Source: a bacterium BMS3Abin15
GTDB lineage: Bacteria > Patescibacteriota > Minisyncoccia > Moranbacterales > 2-12-FULL-40-10
Direction: 5' to 3'
Length of the DNA stretch: 64,000 nucleotides
Assembly: GCA_002923195.1 (NCBI GenBank)
Contig: BDTH01000074.1
Span: 9,081 to 73,080, forward strand
In this document: positions 1-10,150 of the stretch, piece after piece
Layout: each line of letters begins with the position of its first letter
How positions within the stretch are numbered: the stretch's first letter is position 1
Notes under the pieces: model-generated
The model's database searches: none
What the model was told of the DNA's origin: nothing
What the model saw: only the letters and a program-made list of their open reading frames with translations
Position numbers and translations under genes: made by a program

Positions 1-2584
1 CTATAGCTACTCTTCCTTCCACCCGACTGGCAAAACTTTGTCCGATTTTATCTGAATCCTCACGATAAAGATAAGCTCCCTCTTTGTCTTTGCAGTCAGC
101 TTCTCTTATAATAACATCTTGGGAGACATCAACCAGTCTTCTTGTTAAATAACCGGCAGTGGCTGTTCTAAGAGCTGTGTCAGCCATTCCTTTTCTGGCT
201 CCATGAGTGGATATGAAATATTCAAGAACATTGAATCCTTCCTTGAAAGAACTTTTTACAGGAAGCTCTATAGTTTCACCCGTGGGCCCTGCCATCAATC
301 CTTTCATTCCTGTCATCTGCACTACCACAGACTCGCTTCCTCTAGCCTTGGATTTGATCATAGTCGAAACCGGACCTTCTTTATCCAAAGATGTTCGAAC
401 TGAATCAGTTATTTTATTTTTAGCTTCATTCCAAATTTCTATTACTTTGTTTCTTTTTTCCTCAGTAGTTAGAAATCCCATGTCATACTGGCCCTTCACT
501 GTTTCGATTTCCTTCTCTGCTCCTTCCAATATACTTGTTTTGTTTTCCGGAATCTGCAAGTCATCCATTCCCCAACTAATCCCAGATCTAGTAGCTGCTT
601 CAAATCCCAATCCTTTCATCTTATCAACCAAAACAGCAGTCTCTTCTCCGCCAACAGTTTCCAGCATCTTAGCAACTAGCAATTTAAGATCTTTTTTAGT
701 CATCTCCTCATTAATGAATCGCATTTTAGGAGGTAAGATATCATTCAACAAAGCTCTTCCCAGGGATGTTTCAATAATTTTTTCATCGTAGTTTAATTTA
801 ATCTTGGCATTAATATCTGTTATTCCTTTATCATATGACATTATTGCTTCTTCTGTTGAGGAAAATGTCTTACCTTCGCCCGAAGCCCCTTTCTTAATAT
901 GGGTTAAGTAATAAAGCCCCAAAACAATATCCTGAGAAGGAGTTGTTATTGGCTCTCCATTGGCAGGCTTTAAAAGATTTTTAGAAGAAAGCATGTTTTC
1001 TGCGCTTTCTTCTCTAGCCTGCTTAGTCAAGGGAACATGAACAGCCATTTGGTCACCGTCAAAGTCAGCGTTAAACGCGGCACAAACTAAAGGATGAACT
1101 TGAATTGCTTTACCCTCAATAAGCACCGGCTGAAAAGCTTGAATTGAAAGACGGTGTAGAGTGGGTGCACGGTTCAAAAGAACGTAGTGATGCTCAATAA
1201 TATTGTCCAAAATTTCATATGCTTCTTCTGTTTCAGCATCTATCATCCTACCAGCCGTTCTGACATTATAGGCATATTCCTTTTCGATAAGTTTATTGAT
1301 AATGAACGGCCTAAAAAGTTCGAGAGCCATTTTTTTAGGAAGACCGCACTGATGCAACTTAAGTTGAGGTCCTACAACGATAACGCTTCTTCCAGAATAA
1401 TCAACTCTTTTACCAAGAAGGTTTTGCCTGAATCTTCCCTGCTTGCCTTTTAGGGCATCAGCTAGGGATCTTAGAGGCCTTCTTTGGCCAGTAGATGCCG
1501 CCACGGACGACTGTCCTCTTCTGGCACTATTATCAAATAGGGAATCTACTGCTTCTTGAAGCATTCTTTTCTCATTTCGAGTAATAACTTCGGGAGCGCC
1601 CAAATCAATCAATTTCCTTAATCGATTATTTCTATTAATAATTCTTCTGTATAAATCATTTAGATCAGAAGTAGCAAAACGACCTCCATCTAAAGCTACC
1701 ATGGGGCGGAGGTCTGGCGGAACAATTGGCACAACAGTTGGAAGCATCCACTCGAGTTTTAAGCCAGCATTTTTAAACCCTTGGAAAAATTTCAATCGTT
1801 TTATAAGTTTTTTCCTATCAGACGTTTCATCAGAATTGAATTCCTTGGTTAGTCCCTTAACCATATCAGCAATATTTATATTTTCTAATGTCTGGCGAAC
1901 AGCTTCTGCTCCTATGCCAGCAGAAAACACCTGACCAAAACGAGTGGACAGATTAAAGTATTCTAATTCTGATAAAATTTGGAATGGTTTTAAATTTCTA
2001 AGTTCTTCCCTGGAAGAACGATAAATTCCCTTTAGCTCTTCTAGGGCGTCTTCTACTGACGATTTATTACCTTCTATTTTTCCACCCTTTATTTCTTTTT
2101 GCTTCTGTTTATATTCAGATTCCATCTGACTCATGGATTTTTGCTTAGCTTGTTCATCAACGCTAGTAATCACATAAGCGGAAAAATAAATAACCTTTTC
2201 CAGTTCTTGAGGAGACATTCCCATTGCCAATCCTATCTTTGACGGCACTCCGCGTAAAAACCAAATATGGGAAACGGGCACAACTAGCTTTATATGCCCC
2301 ATTCTTTCTCGACGAACAACAGAGCGAGTGACTTCCACGCCACATTTATCACAAACTATTCCTTTGTAGCGAATTCGTTTGTACTTACCACAATAACACT
2401 CCCAATCCTTGGAGGGGCCAAAAATCTTCTCGCAAAAAAGCCCGTCTTTTTCATAACGCTGGGTTCGGTAGTTTATTGTTTCCGGCTTAGTGACTTCTCC
2501 ATGCGACCAGGATAATATCTCTTCAGGACTGGCCAGCTTAATCCGTACGCTTTCAAAATCACTTACCTTGGTAATATTCTCCAT
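1..2584 (-). CDS. rpoC: DNA-directed RNA polymerase subunit beta' (N-terminal ~860 aa; C-terminus lies beyond window start)
   Basis: Minus-strand frame is open from the ATG at 2584 to the window edge. N-terminus reads [85 protein letters not shown], the beta' zinc-finger N-terminus. It lies immediately downstream of rpoB. Not in the ORF track because it runs off the edge. Confidence 0.9.
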   Translation of the reverse strand, partial: MENITKVSDFESVRIKLASPEEILSWSHGEVTKPETINYRTQRYEKDGLFCEKIFGPSKDWECYCGKYKRIRYKGIVCDKCGVEVTRSVVRRERMGHIKLVVPVSHIWFLRGVPSKIGLAMGMSPQELEKVIYFSAYVITSVDEQAKQKSMSQMESEYKQKQKEIKGGKIEGNKSSVEDALEELKGIYRSSREELRNLKPFQILSELEYFNLSTRFGQVFSAGIGAEAVRQTLENINIADMVKGLTKEFNSDETSDRKKLIKRLKFFQGFKNAGLKLEWMLPTVVPIVPPDLRPMVALDGGRFATSDLNDLYRRIINRNNRLRKLIDLGAPEVITRNEKRMLQEAVDSLFDNSARRGQSSVAASTGQRRPLRSLADALKGKQGRFRQNLLGKRVDYSGRSVIVVGPQLKLHQCGLPKKMALELFRPFIINKLIEKEYAYNVRTAGRMIDAETEEAYEILDNIIEHHYVLLNRAPTLHRLSIQAFQPVLIEGKAIQVHPLVCAAFNADFDGDQMAVHVPLTKQAREESAENMLSSKNLLKPANGEPITTPSQDIVLGLYYLTHIKKGASGEGKTFSSTEEAIMSYDKGITDINAKIKLNYDEKIIETSLGRALLNDILPPKMRFINEEMTKKDLKLLVAKMLETVGGEETAVLVDKMKGLGFEAATRSGISWGMDDLQIPENKTSILEGAEKEIETVKGQYDMGFLTTEEKRNKVIEIWNEAKNKITDSVRTSLDKEGPVSTMIKSKARGSESVVVQMTGMKGLMAGPTGETIELPVKSSFKEGFNVLEYFISTHGARKGMADTALRTATAGYLTRRLVDVSQDVIIREADCKDKEGAYLYREDSDKIGQSFASRVEGRVAI

Positions 2585-2627
2585 AAATTAATTGTTTGAA
2601 ATTCTCATAAATATTTATCAGTTATCT

Positions 2628-2669
2628 CGCTGTAGCGGAACCCCGCTTGCTCCGCCAGTAGCGGAGGCC
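2628..2669 (-). promoter_or_regulatory. Two small stem-loops (cgc-tgta-gcg; ctccgc-cagta-gcggag) in the 95-nt rpoB-rpoC spacer; possible processing or attenuation structure
   Basis: Inverted repeats seen directly in the sequence. Position is analogous to known regulatory structures inside rpoBC operons. Confidence 0.3.
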
Positions 2670-2679
2670 AAGGCGGTAA

Positions 2680-5600
2680 CTAGTCGCCGGGCCTTTCTTT
2701 TTCATCTTCTCTTTCTTTCTTAGCCCCAACTAATTCGATGTCCAGACACAGACCCTTAAGCTCGTTAACCAAAACATGAAAGGAGGCGGGAATATTAGGA
2801 CTTCTTATTGGCTCACCTTTTATGATGGACTCATAGGCTTTTGATCTTCCTAGGACATCGTCTGATTTTATAGTCAACATTTCTTGAAGCGTATGGGCAG
2901 AACCATATCCTTCCAGCGCCCAAACTTCCATTTCTCCAAATCGTTGTCCTCCAAATTGCGCTTTTCCTCCCAGAGGCTGCTGAGTTATCAAAGAATAAGG
3001 GCCAATGGATCTCATATGGATCTTGTCTTCCACTAAGTGATTAAGTTTCATCACATAAAGCACTCCTACTGTTGATTCATTGTCAAAACATTCGCCGGTT
3101 TTTCCATCAACTAATTTAACTTTTCCATTCTCGGGAAGACCAGCTTTTTTAAGCTCTTTCTTTATATCATTTTCATCTACTCCATCCAGTGAAGGAGTAG
3201 CCGCTTTGTATCCCAATTTTTGGGCCGCCCAACCAAGATGAGTTTCCAAAATTTGACCTATATTCATACGGCTAACCACTCCCAACGGATTAAGTATTAC
3301 ATCCACGGGAGTTCCATCGGGAAGATAGGGCATATCCTCTAATGGGGCAATTCTGGAAATAACTCCTTTGTTTCCATGGCGTCCGGCCAATTTATCACCG
3401 ACCGATATTTTTCTAAGTTGAGCTATCGAGACCTGGATCTGCTGAATAACTCCGGTAGGAAGCTTATCCCCTTGTTCCCTTGAGAAAATTTTAATATCTA
3501 CTGCCTTCCCATGTTCTCCGTGAGGAAGGTAAAGGGAAGAATCTTTGACATCCCGGGATTTTTCTCCAAAAATAGCGCGAAGCAGTCTCTCTTCTGCTGT
3601 TAGATCACCTTCTCCCTTGGGAGTAATCTTACCTACTAAAATGTCGCCGGAAGAAATTTCTGCCCCGACTCTAATGATTCCGGTTTCGTCCAGATTTTTT
3701 AGACGCTCTTCTCCGATATTAGGGATATCCCTAGTCACAACTTCCGGTCCCAATTTTGTATCCCTAACGTCAATTGTAAAGTCTTCAATATGGATAGAGC
3801 TATAACGGTCCTCTCTTAACAGTTTTTCAGAAATAATAATAGCATCTTCAAAGTTATATCCTTCCCAGGAAACAAAAGCCACAAGAACATTTTGTCCCAA
3901 AGCCAATTCACCATTATCAGTAGAAGCTCCATCTGCTAAAAGCTGGCCTTTCTTTATCTTATCCCCCTTGGATACCCGGGGAATCTGGTTCATGCTCGTA
4001 AAAGCATTGGACTTAACAAAACTTTGTAATCTATAGTCCCGTTTGTAATATTCTTTTTTGGCTCCAACCGGGGATTTTTCTTTTACCATAACGTGATCAG
4101 CGTCAACTTCCACTACTTCTCCGTCCTTGACCGCTAAAACCACTTGTCCGGAGTCGGAAGCTGCCTTATCTTCTATTCCTGTTCCCACGATAGGAGATTG
4201 GGGCATAACACAAGATACAGCCTGACGTTGCATATTTGATCCCATAAGGGCACGGTTAGCATCATCATGCTCTAGAAATGGAATTAGAGAAGTAGCTACT
4301 GAGATGCACTGTTTAGCAGAAACATCGACGTGATCTAATTTTTCTGCCTCTATCATTTCCGGATGTCCTTTCACTCTAGCCTCAACCAAATCATCTAAAA
4401 TATTATTATTTTCATCGATATTAACTCCGGCATGGGCAATGTTTTTGCGGTCTTCGACAGTAGCATTAAGATATTCTATTTCGCTGGCTATAAAAGGTCT
4501 TATTTTAACAGTTTTTTTATTTGTGTCAGCGATTTTTCTTGCCAGCTGTGAATTAATCTTTTCTCCAATATCAGCTACGCCAGAAATATCTTCATTTAAA
4601 ATTCTTTTTTCTAAATTTCCAGCCTTGTTTTCTACCTCCTTAACAACATTAAGATAAGGCGTTTCTAAAAACCCGTATTCATTTACTCGGGCATAAGTTG
4701 CCATATGGCCTACCAATCCGATGTTCGGACCTTCAGGTGTCTGCACCGGACAGATTTTCCCATAGTGAGAATGGTGGACGTCACGAACTTCAAATCCGGC
4801 TCTTTCTCTGGTCAGTCCCCCCGGTCCCATGGCTGAAAGACGCCTCTTGTGTTCCAGTTCGGCCAGGGGATTAACTTGATCCATAAATTGGGAAAGTTGA
4901 GAACTGGAAAAAAATTCTTTAACTGCGGCCGCCAGTGGACGGGAGTTAATTAGTTGGCCGGGAACTACGGTCTCTAAATCACAAGTACTCATTCTGTCTT
5001 TTATATTGCGCGTCATCCTGGTGATTCCAACTCTCAATTTGTTTTGAACTAATTCTCCCACTCCTCTTATTCTCCTATTGCCTAAGTGATCGATGTCATC
5101 TGCTTGCGCTAGCGGATTATTATTAAGCTTGATAACTTCTTTAATTATTGATACCAAATCTTCTATTTTAAGAACCCTGTTTTCTTCATTGTTAGGCCTT
5201 TCAGTATTTAACCGCTGATTAAGCCTGTATCGCCCCACTTTCCCGAAGTCGTATCTCTCGAAATTGAAGAACATAGCATCAATCATCTGCTTAGCATTTT
5301 CAATGGTGGCCATATCACCGGGACGGATTCTTTTGTACACCTCTATATATCCCTCGCCTTGGTTCTTGGATGAATCTTTCGCGATGGTGCTTTCAATGTA
5401 TTTAATTTCTCCTGTATCCACATCGGTGAATTCCTTTTCAATCTTCCCGTTAGTATCATGGCCAAAAGCGCGAAGCAGCGCTGTGATAGGAACTTTTCTT
5501 TTTCTATCAATTTTTACTGAAATCACGCCGTCTAAGTCAGTATCAATTTCCAGCCAGGCGCCGCGGTTGGGAATAATCTTAGCTCCAAAAAGTTTTTTTC

Positions 5601-6144
5601 CTTTTTGATATTCCATATTAAAAAACACACCGGGGCTGCGAATCAGCTGGCTAACCACTACTCTCTCTACTCCATTGATAATAAAAGTTCCCCTATCAGT
5701 CATGATGGGGAAATCACCCAGGTATATTTCCTGTTCCTTAACCTCTCCGGTTTGCTTTATAACAAGCTTAGCTTTAGCCCGCAAAGGAGCCTCATAAGAG
5801 ATATTCTTATTTCTTGCAGTTGTCTCGTCATACTTAGGCTCGTCTAGATAATAATCAGCAATAGATATTTCCAGATCCTTGCCTGTAAAATCCACAATAG
5901 GATTTACTTCATCAAGTAATTCTTTAAATCCCTTATCTAAAAACCACTTGTAAGAATCAAGTTGCGCTTCAATAAGATTAGGAAGCGACACCATAAGGCG
6001 TCTTTTGAAGAATTTTCTTTTGGAAAGCGAAGAAGAAGAACTAAAGGTATCTTTAACCTTTAAAGTTTTTTGTCCTTTAAGCATAAAAACAGCTCTCACT
6101 GGCACTACCTTACTCCGCTCATTTTCTTGGAAGCAAAGGTACAC
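2680..6144 (-). CDS. rpoB: DNA-directed RNA polymerase subunit beta (likely true start at internal Met, 6084)
   Basis: 1154-aa ORF with PNLIEAQLDSYKWFLDKG near the N-terminus and conserved beta-subunit motifs throughout (e.g. GDKLAGRHGNKGV, NPLGVVSRMNIGQILE). Confidence 0.95.
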   Translation of the reverse strand: MYLCFQENERSKVVPVRAVFMLKGQKTLKVKDTFSSSSSLSKRKFFKRRLMVSLPNLIEAQLDSYKWFLDKGFKELLDEVNPIVDFTGKDLEISIADYYLDEPKYDETTARNKNISYEAPLRAKAKLVIKQTGEVKEQEIYLGDFPIMTDRGTFIINGVERVVVSQLIRSPGVFFNMEYQKGKKLFGAKIIPNRGAWLEIDTDLDGVISVKIDRKRKVPITALLRAFGHDTNGKIEKEFTDVDTGEIKYIESTIAKDSSKNQGEGYIEVYKRIRPGDMATIENAKQMIDAMFFNFERYDFGKVGRYRLNQRLNTERPNNEENRVLKIEDLVSIIKEVIKLNNNPLAQADDIDHLGNRRIRGVGELVQNKLRVGITRMTRNIKDRMSTCDLETVVPGQLINSRPLAAAVKEFFSSSQLSQFMDQVNPLAELEHKRRLSAMGPGGLTRERAGFEVRDVHHSHYGKICPVQTPEGPNIGLVGHMATYARVNEYGFLETPYLNVVKEVENKAGNLEKRILNEDISGVADIGEKINSQLARKIADTNKKTVKIRPFIASEIEYLNATVEDRKNIAHAGVNIDENNNILDDLVEARVKGHPEMIEAEKLDHVDVSAKQCISVATSLIPFLEHDDANRALMGSNMQRQAVSCVMPQSPIVGTGIEDKAASDSGQVVLAVKDGEVVEVDADHVMVKEKSPVGAKKEYYKRDYRLQSFVKSNAFTSMNQIPRVSKGDKIKKGQLLADGASTDNGELALGQNVLVAFVSWEGYNFEDAIIISEKLLREDRYSSIHIEDFTIDVRDTKLGPEVVTRDIPNIGEERLKNLDETGIIRVGAEISSGDILVGKITPKGEGDLTAEERLLRAIFGEKSRDVKDSSLYLPHGEHGKAVDIKIFSREQGDKLPTGVIQQIQVSIAQLRKISVGDKLAGRHGNKGVISRIAPLEDMPYLPDGTPVDVILNPLGVVSRMNIGQILETHLGWAAQKLGYKAATPSLDGVDENDIKKELKKAGLPENGKVKLVDGKTGECFDNESTVGVLYVMKLNHLVEDKIHMRSIGPYSLITQQPLGGKAQFGGQRFGEMEVWALEGYGSAHTLQEMLTIKSDDVLGRSKAYESIIKGEPIRSPNIPASFHVLVNELKGLCLDIELVGAKKEREDEKERPGD

Positions 6145-6561
6145 TGCTCAATGAGGTTTATGAAAAGATATTTAATTGCTTATTGAATAAGTCATTCCCC
6201 CTTGACCCCGTATATACAAAATACGGTTGGTTTTCACTATATAAAAAATGTATGACTTTTATGAGAATATTCAGTCTTGACCCCGTTAAACCTTCGTCCT
6301 GAGTTTGTCTGCGCCCCATGTAAATCAAAGATTTAACGGGGTTGACAAGTATTGTTCATTGTATACCTAAGTGGAAAATAATGCAAGAAATAGCTTACTT
6401 TTCCGGATTTAAGCACCTAAAGATCTTAACATTATATTGTTTTCTTGTCAAATATGGCTTAAATAAAGGATTTTTAAAAAATGTCGGTTTTTTATCCAAT
6501 TACAGAATTAACTCTATAATTAATTTAACCAACAAGTTATCCACAATTTAGTAACTCTTTC

Positions 6562-6822
6562 TTATTTATTCGCATAATTCCACGCGTTAGCCACTGACTT
6601 GGCGATTCGGGTAGTTGTATAGCCGGCTGGGATGTCAGTTTTTACTGTTAATTTTATATTTTCTTTGTTTATTTTATTTTTCCTAATAAGTTTGTCTATT
6701 TCCGGCAGAAGTTTTTCGCTTAAATTATTTTCATCATTCCACAAAGAAGAGCCGATAACTTTCTTGTTATCTTTCAATTGCAAAGTAATTTTTTCTTTCT
6801 TCAAATGGATGTATAAATACAT
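6562..6822 (-). CDS. Short (86 aa) protein resembling only the N-terminal domain of TsaB/YeaZ (t6A biosynthesis); possible truncated gene
   Basis: MYLYIHLK...LTVKTDIPAGYTTTRIAKSVANAWNYA parallels the TsaB N-terminus (DTST... / GPGSFTGLRIG..A.GLA). No continuation of homology is visible downstream. Confidence 0.4.
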   Translation of the reverse strand: MYLYIHLKKEKITLQLKDNKKVIGSSLWNDENNLSEKLLPEIDKLIRKNKINKENIKLTVKTDIPAGYTTTRIAKSVANAWNYANK

Positions 6823-6834
6823 ATTAACTCGAAT

Positions 6835-7257
6835 TTACGAATAATTACCCGAATTACTCGAATGAAATTTCGGATTGATTACCCGCTTGGGGCTTAAATA
6901 ATGTGATCTGAAATTTACTATTATCCCTAAAGGCAAATTTGCTACTTCTAAATATCTCATCATCTGATAAAAATCTTCTTTTGTGATTAATCTCTTAGCC
7001 TTAAAATCCACAATTATTTTTTGGTCTATAATAAAATCCGGGATATTCCCTCTTGAATTAACGTTGCTAAAGATTTTATTAATTTCTTTTTCTCTTTGAT
7101 ATTCAACATTGTTTTCTTTTAAATGCTTTTCAAAAGCATCACAATACTGTCTCTCAGACATAGACCTGCCTAATTCATTATGCACTTTGAAAAACAAACC
7201 AGTCAACTTATAGGATAATTTTGGATAATATATATTTTTGTTTTTTACCAATGTCAT
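6835..7257 (-). CDS. GxxExxY family protein (PD-(D/E)xK-like)
   Basis: YYPKLSYKLTGLFFKVHNELG...FEKHLKENNVEYQREKEI pattern is typical of the GxxExxY family. Confidence 0.7.
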   Translation of the reverse strand: MTLVKNKNIYYPKLSYKLTGLFFKVHNELGRSMSERQYCDAFEKHLKENNVEYQREKEINKIFSNVNSRGNIPDFIIDQKIIVDFKAKRLITKEDFYQMMRYLEVANLPLGIIVNFRSHYLSPKRVINPKFHSSNSGNYS

Positions 7258-7297
7258 ATTATTCGAGACATTCGAGTTTAGATTCGAATCATTCGGA

Positions 7298-8050
7298 TTA
7301 TTCTATTTTATTCCAATCAAAGTTCCACGGATCGTCTTTTCTTCCTGGAGCAATTTGATCGTGGCCTAATGTATACTTAATGGAATATTTCAATTTTAAG
7401 TAATTTATTAGTTCATTTAGTGTTTCATATTGATTTGAAGTATATTCGTCAGTCTTCGTGTTTATTAATTCTATACCGATGGAAAAATTATTAACATCTG
7501 TTCTTCCATCAGAAACACTGCTCACTCCGGCGTGATAAGCGATGTTCTTATCTTGCACCAATTGATATATTTTTCCCTTTCTGTCTATTAAATAATGAGT
7601 GGCTACCCCATATTGTTTATATTCATTAATAAGCCCGTCCAAATCATAAGGATCATTACCTAGAGCATTATAAGAAGAATGAATTACAATTGTATCAATA
7701 GAGCGGTTACTGGCTGACTGATATCCCCAAGAAACAAGTTTATTAATAATGTCGGGCGCGCCCACGCCTTCCTCAATAATTTCTTTTTCTTTATCTTCTT
7801 CAGTTTCATTTTCAGTAACTATTGGTGCATCAATAATTTCGGCTTCTTCTGTATTGCTTATTATATCTTCAACCTCCTTATTTTTAGCGGTCACTTCTAT
7901 ATCACTTTCTTCCTGTTGTATATTTTGCATACCCGCATTCTTAATCGCTATCTTTTTCGTATCCTTAAAAACAAAATAAAAAATACTTGCTCCTGCAAGA
8001 AAGATGATAACAATTAATAATTTTTTAGAAAGAATATTTTTAATCATCAA
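7298..8050 (-). CDS. N-acetylmuramoyl-L-alanine amidase (Amidase_2/PGRP domain), membrane anchored
   Basis: N-terminal TM helix; motifs IVIHSS, AYHAG, GHDQIAPGRKDDPWNFDW. Confidence 0.8.
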   Translation of the reverse strand: MMIKNILSKKLLIVIIFLAGASIFYFVFKDTKKIAIKNAGMQNIQQEESDIEVTAKNKEVEDIISNTEEAEIIDAPIVTENETEEDKEKEIIEEGVGAPDIINKLVSWGYQSASNRSIDTIVIHSSYNALGNDPYDLDGLINEYKQYGVATHYLIDRKGKIYQLVQDKNIAYHAGVSSVSDGRTDVNNFSIGIELINTKTDEYTSNQYETLNELINYLKLKYSIKYTLGHDQIAPGRKDDPWNFDWNKIE

Positions 8051-8119
8051 TCATACTTTCTCATACTTATTAAATTGAAGCAATGAACTTGTTCAGTAAC
8101 AAGTTACTGAACACTTTTA

Positions 8120-9283
8120 TTAGCGAAGTGCCTCATTGATAACATCTTCGTCTTGACAGGAATACTTTCTATCCGCAGAATAAAACCTTTCATATTTACC
8201 GTGGCATCCCCCATTGTATTTTGGTAGTGGCGTCGTTATCGGCATTAAAAATCCCATATCGCGAGAAGTAAAAAATTTATGCAGACTGCGTAATGTTTTA
8301 GTCCTGGTATCTTTGTTCATATTAACAAAAATACTCATATCATCCCCGGACTTGGCACTCCAATCAAGATGAAGTAGGACATTATTGGCTTTGGAAGAAA
8401 ATCTTTCGTGCCAGATAAGCGCCCAACACCAATCACCTTCCTGCTGCCACCAGTGAGAATGGCAAGGACCGTCCTCTATATTTCCGCTGCCATCTATGCC
8501 CACGCCGCCTTCAATGTAATCAAAAAGTTTTAAGTATTCCGGGTTATCAATATCATTCGTTTGGGCGCCAATTACAATTTCTGTATTTTTAAAGTCAGCG
8601 TACTCTCTCATTTCCCGGATTATTTCCGGAATTATAGGATTAGAAAGATCGCTTCTTTCCTGATAAAAAATTTGACCGAATAAAAAACTCTGGATGCCCA
8701 TGTCTATGGCCTGTTCGGTGATGTATCTTAAGTATTTCCTGTATTCTTCTTTTTTGAAAGACGGAATGCAGGTATGCTCCCCCCAGAAATTCTTGCTGTG
8801 CCCGCGGCACATCTCGTCAAATTCAAATTCCCGTTTTTCAGCCGGATAATAATAATTATCTTTCACATCAATAGCTTCGGCAATGAACATTCCATAAACG
8901 ATATCTTTCTTTTTGATTTTCTTTTTGATTTTTTTGGCCTTTTTAAAATCAGGCGGCTCCAGCCAAGTTTCAATGGCCCGATGGAGATAATAGCATTCCG
9001 ATCGATTAATCAGTTTAGCGTTTTCATTTGTTCTTCCCCCATAACTGGTAAGAAATCCGTCAGCCACGCATCCTTTGGTTTTCATCTTTTCCATTGATGG
9101 AGGCGGGGGTGGGGGCAATGGATCAGGGAGCACCTTTTTATATAATCTTATCACTATGGGAACATATTTTGTTTCGTCATCAACTGAAAAGCTTGAAGTA
9201 AAGTCAATCAAAATAGCAGTTGTAAATATTGCAACTGACAACACAATTATTATTCCTTTCCACGTTTTGATAGGATGTGCCAT
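8120..9283 (-). CDS. Hypothetical membrane-anchored protein with poly-proline linker and a Cys/Trp-rich extracytoplasmic domain
   Basis: 387-aa ORF with N-terminal TM and PPPPPP linker; no recognisable catalytic motif. Confidence 0.6.
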   Translation of the reverse strand: MAHPIKTWKGIIIVLSVAIFTTAILIDFTSSFSVDDETKYVPIVIRLYKKVLPDPLPPPPPPSMEKMKTKGCVADGFLTSYGGRTNENAKLINRSECYYLHRAIETWLEPPDFKKAKKIKKKIKKKDIVYGMFIAEAIDVKDNYYYPAEKREFEFDEMCRGHSKNFWGEHTCIPSFKKEEYRKYLRYITEQAIDMGIQSFLFGQIFYQERSDLSNPIIPEIIREMREYADFKNTEIVIGAQTNDIDNPEYLKLFDYIEGGVGIDGSGNIEDGPCHSHWWQQEGDWCWALIWHERFSSKANNVLLHLDWSAKSGDDMSIFVNMNKDTRTKTLRSLHKFFTSRDMGFLMPITTPLPKYNGGCHGKYERFYSADRKYSCQDEDVINEALR

Positions 9284-9340
9284 TAGTACTTAATACAATT
9301 ATTAGGGATAATATTTACTTTATATCAATTCATCCCCCTA

Positions 9341-9363
9341 GACAAAGGCTGATTTTTAGGTAT
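9341..9363 (+). promoter_or_regulatory. Sigma70-like promoter (TAGACA-N17-TATAAT) upstream of tRNA-Gly
   Basis: tagacaaaggctgatttttaggtataat lies ~60 nt upstream of the tRNA 5' end. Confidence 0.45.
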
Positions 9364-9420
9364 AATGATGTTTAGTGTTTTATTCGCTAAGCGGGCTTGC
9401 CTCGCCGGAGCGGAGCACAG

Positions 9421-9492
9421 GCGGGATTCGTATAGTGGCTATTATATCTGCCTTCCAAGCAGAGGACGCCAGTTCGATTCTGGTATCCCGCT
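9421..9492 (+). tRNA. tRNA-Gly (anticodon UCC)
   Basis: Cloverleaf by eye: acceptor GCGGGAT/ATCCCGC, anticodon stem TCTGC/GCAGA, loop CTTCCAA, T arm CCAG-TTCGATT-CTGG. Confidence 0.9.
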
Positions 9493-9500
9493 CATAAAAA

Positions 9501-9528
9501 GAAACCCCTTGAGGGGTTTCTTTTATTT
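9501..9528. terminator. Rho-independent terminator hairpin (gaaacccc-ttga-ggggtttc + T-run), bidirectional between tRNA-Gly and rubrerythrin
   Basis: Perfect 8-bp GC-rich stem followed by TTTTATTT. Confidence 0.7.
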
Positions 9529-9544
9529 GTAACAAAGTTTTTGA

Positions 9545-10129
9545 TTAATACTCTTCGCACTTAACCTGAGAAAAACTTTTTTCATGATCGCAAGACGGAC
9601 ATTTTTCCAGTGGTTCTTTGCCTACATGCTGATACCCGCACTCCCTGCAAATCCAGATTACTTCTTTATCTTTTTTAAATACTGATCCCCCTTCCAAGAC
9701 AGCTAGTAGTTTTTTATATCTTTCCTCATGATGCTCCTCGGCTTTGGCAATTGACCGCAATCGAACTGCAATCTTGTCTAGCCCTTTTTTCTCTGCTTCA
9801 TCAGCAAATTCTGGATACATCTCTGTGTATTCATAATTTTCTCCGGCGATTGATGCTTTAAGATTTTCTACAGTGGTATCGTAAACTGTTGGAGCAGCTA
9901 CTTCTACCTTTATTTCATCTAAATTCTCATCGCTTTCTTTTTTTAATTCGTTGATATGTTCGAATAGCCGCTTGGCATGTTCTTTCTCTTGGTCGGCTGT
10001 TTCGGCAAAAATTCCGCCAATCTGCTCGTAGCCTTCCTTTCTGGCAACTTTGGCATAAAAAGTGTAACGATTCCTAGCTTGGGATTCACCAATGAAGGCC
10101 TTAGCTAAATTCTCGATTGTTTTCTTCAT
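9545..10129 (-). CDS. rbr: Rubrerythrin (diiron ferritin-like domain + C-terminal rubredoxin-like CxxC...CxxC)
   Basis: EKEHAKRL and EEHHEERY di-iron motifs; C-terminal CRECGY...CPSCDH. Confidence 0.85.
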   Translation of the reverse strand: MKKTIENLAKAFIGESQARNRYTFYAKVARKEGYEQIGGIFAETADQEKEHAKRLFEHINELKKESDENLDEIKVEVAAPTVYDTTVENLKASIAGENYEYTEMYPEFADEAEKKGLDKIAVRLRSIAKAEEHHEERYKKLLAVLEGGSVFKKDKEVIWICRECGYQHVGKEPLEKCPSCDHEKSFSQVKCEEY

Positions 10130-10150
10130 TTTTTTTTATCAAATCAATTA

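Noticed and set aside
207-791. 194-aa plus-strand ORF (and smaller ORFs at 1187..1453, 1701..1934, 2294..2515)
   Set aside because: Lies antisense within the rpoC coding region. Low-complexity S/P/L-rich translation typical of an antisense frame; no RBS.
3545-5847. Plus-strand ORFs 3545..3805, 4439..4657, 5264..5608, 5605..5847
   Set aside because: All are antisense inside rpoB; shadow ORFs.
9075-9293. ORF encoding a poly-Gly stretch (GGGGGG)
   Set aside because: Antisense of the poly-proline linker of gene 8120..9283; not independent.
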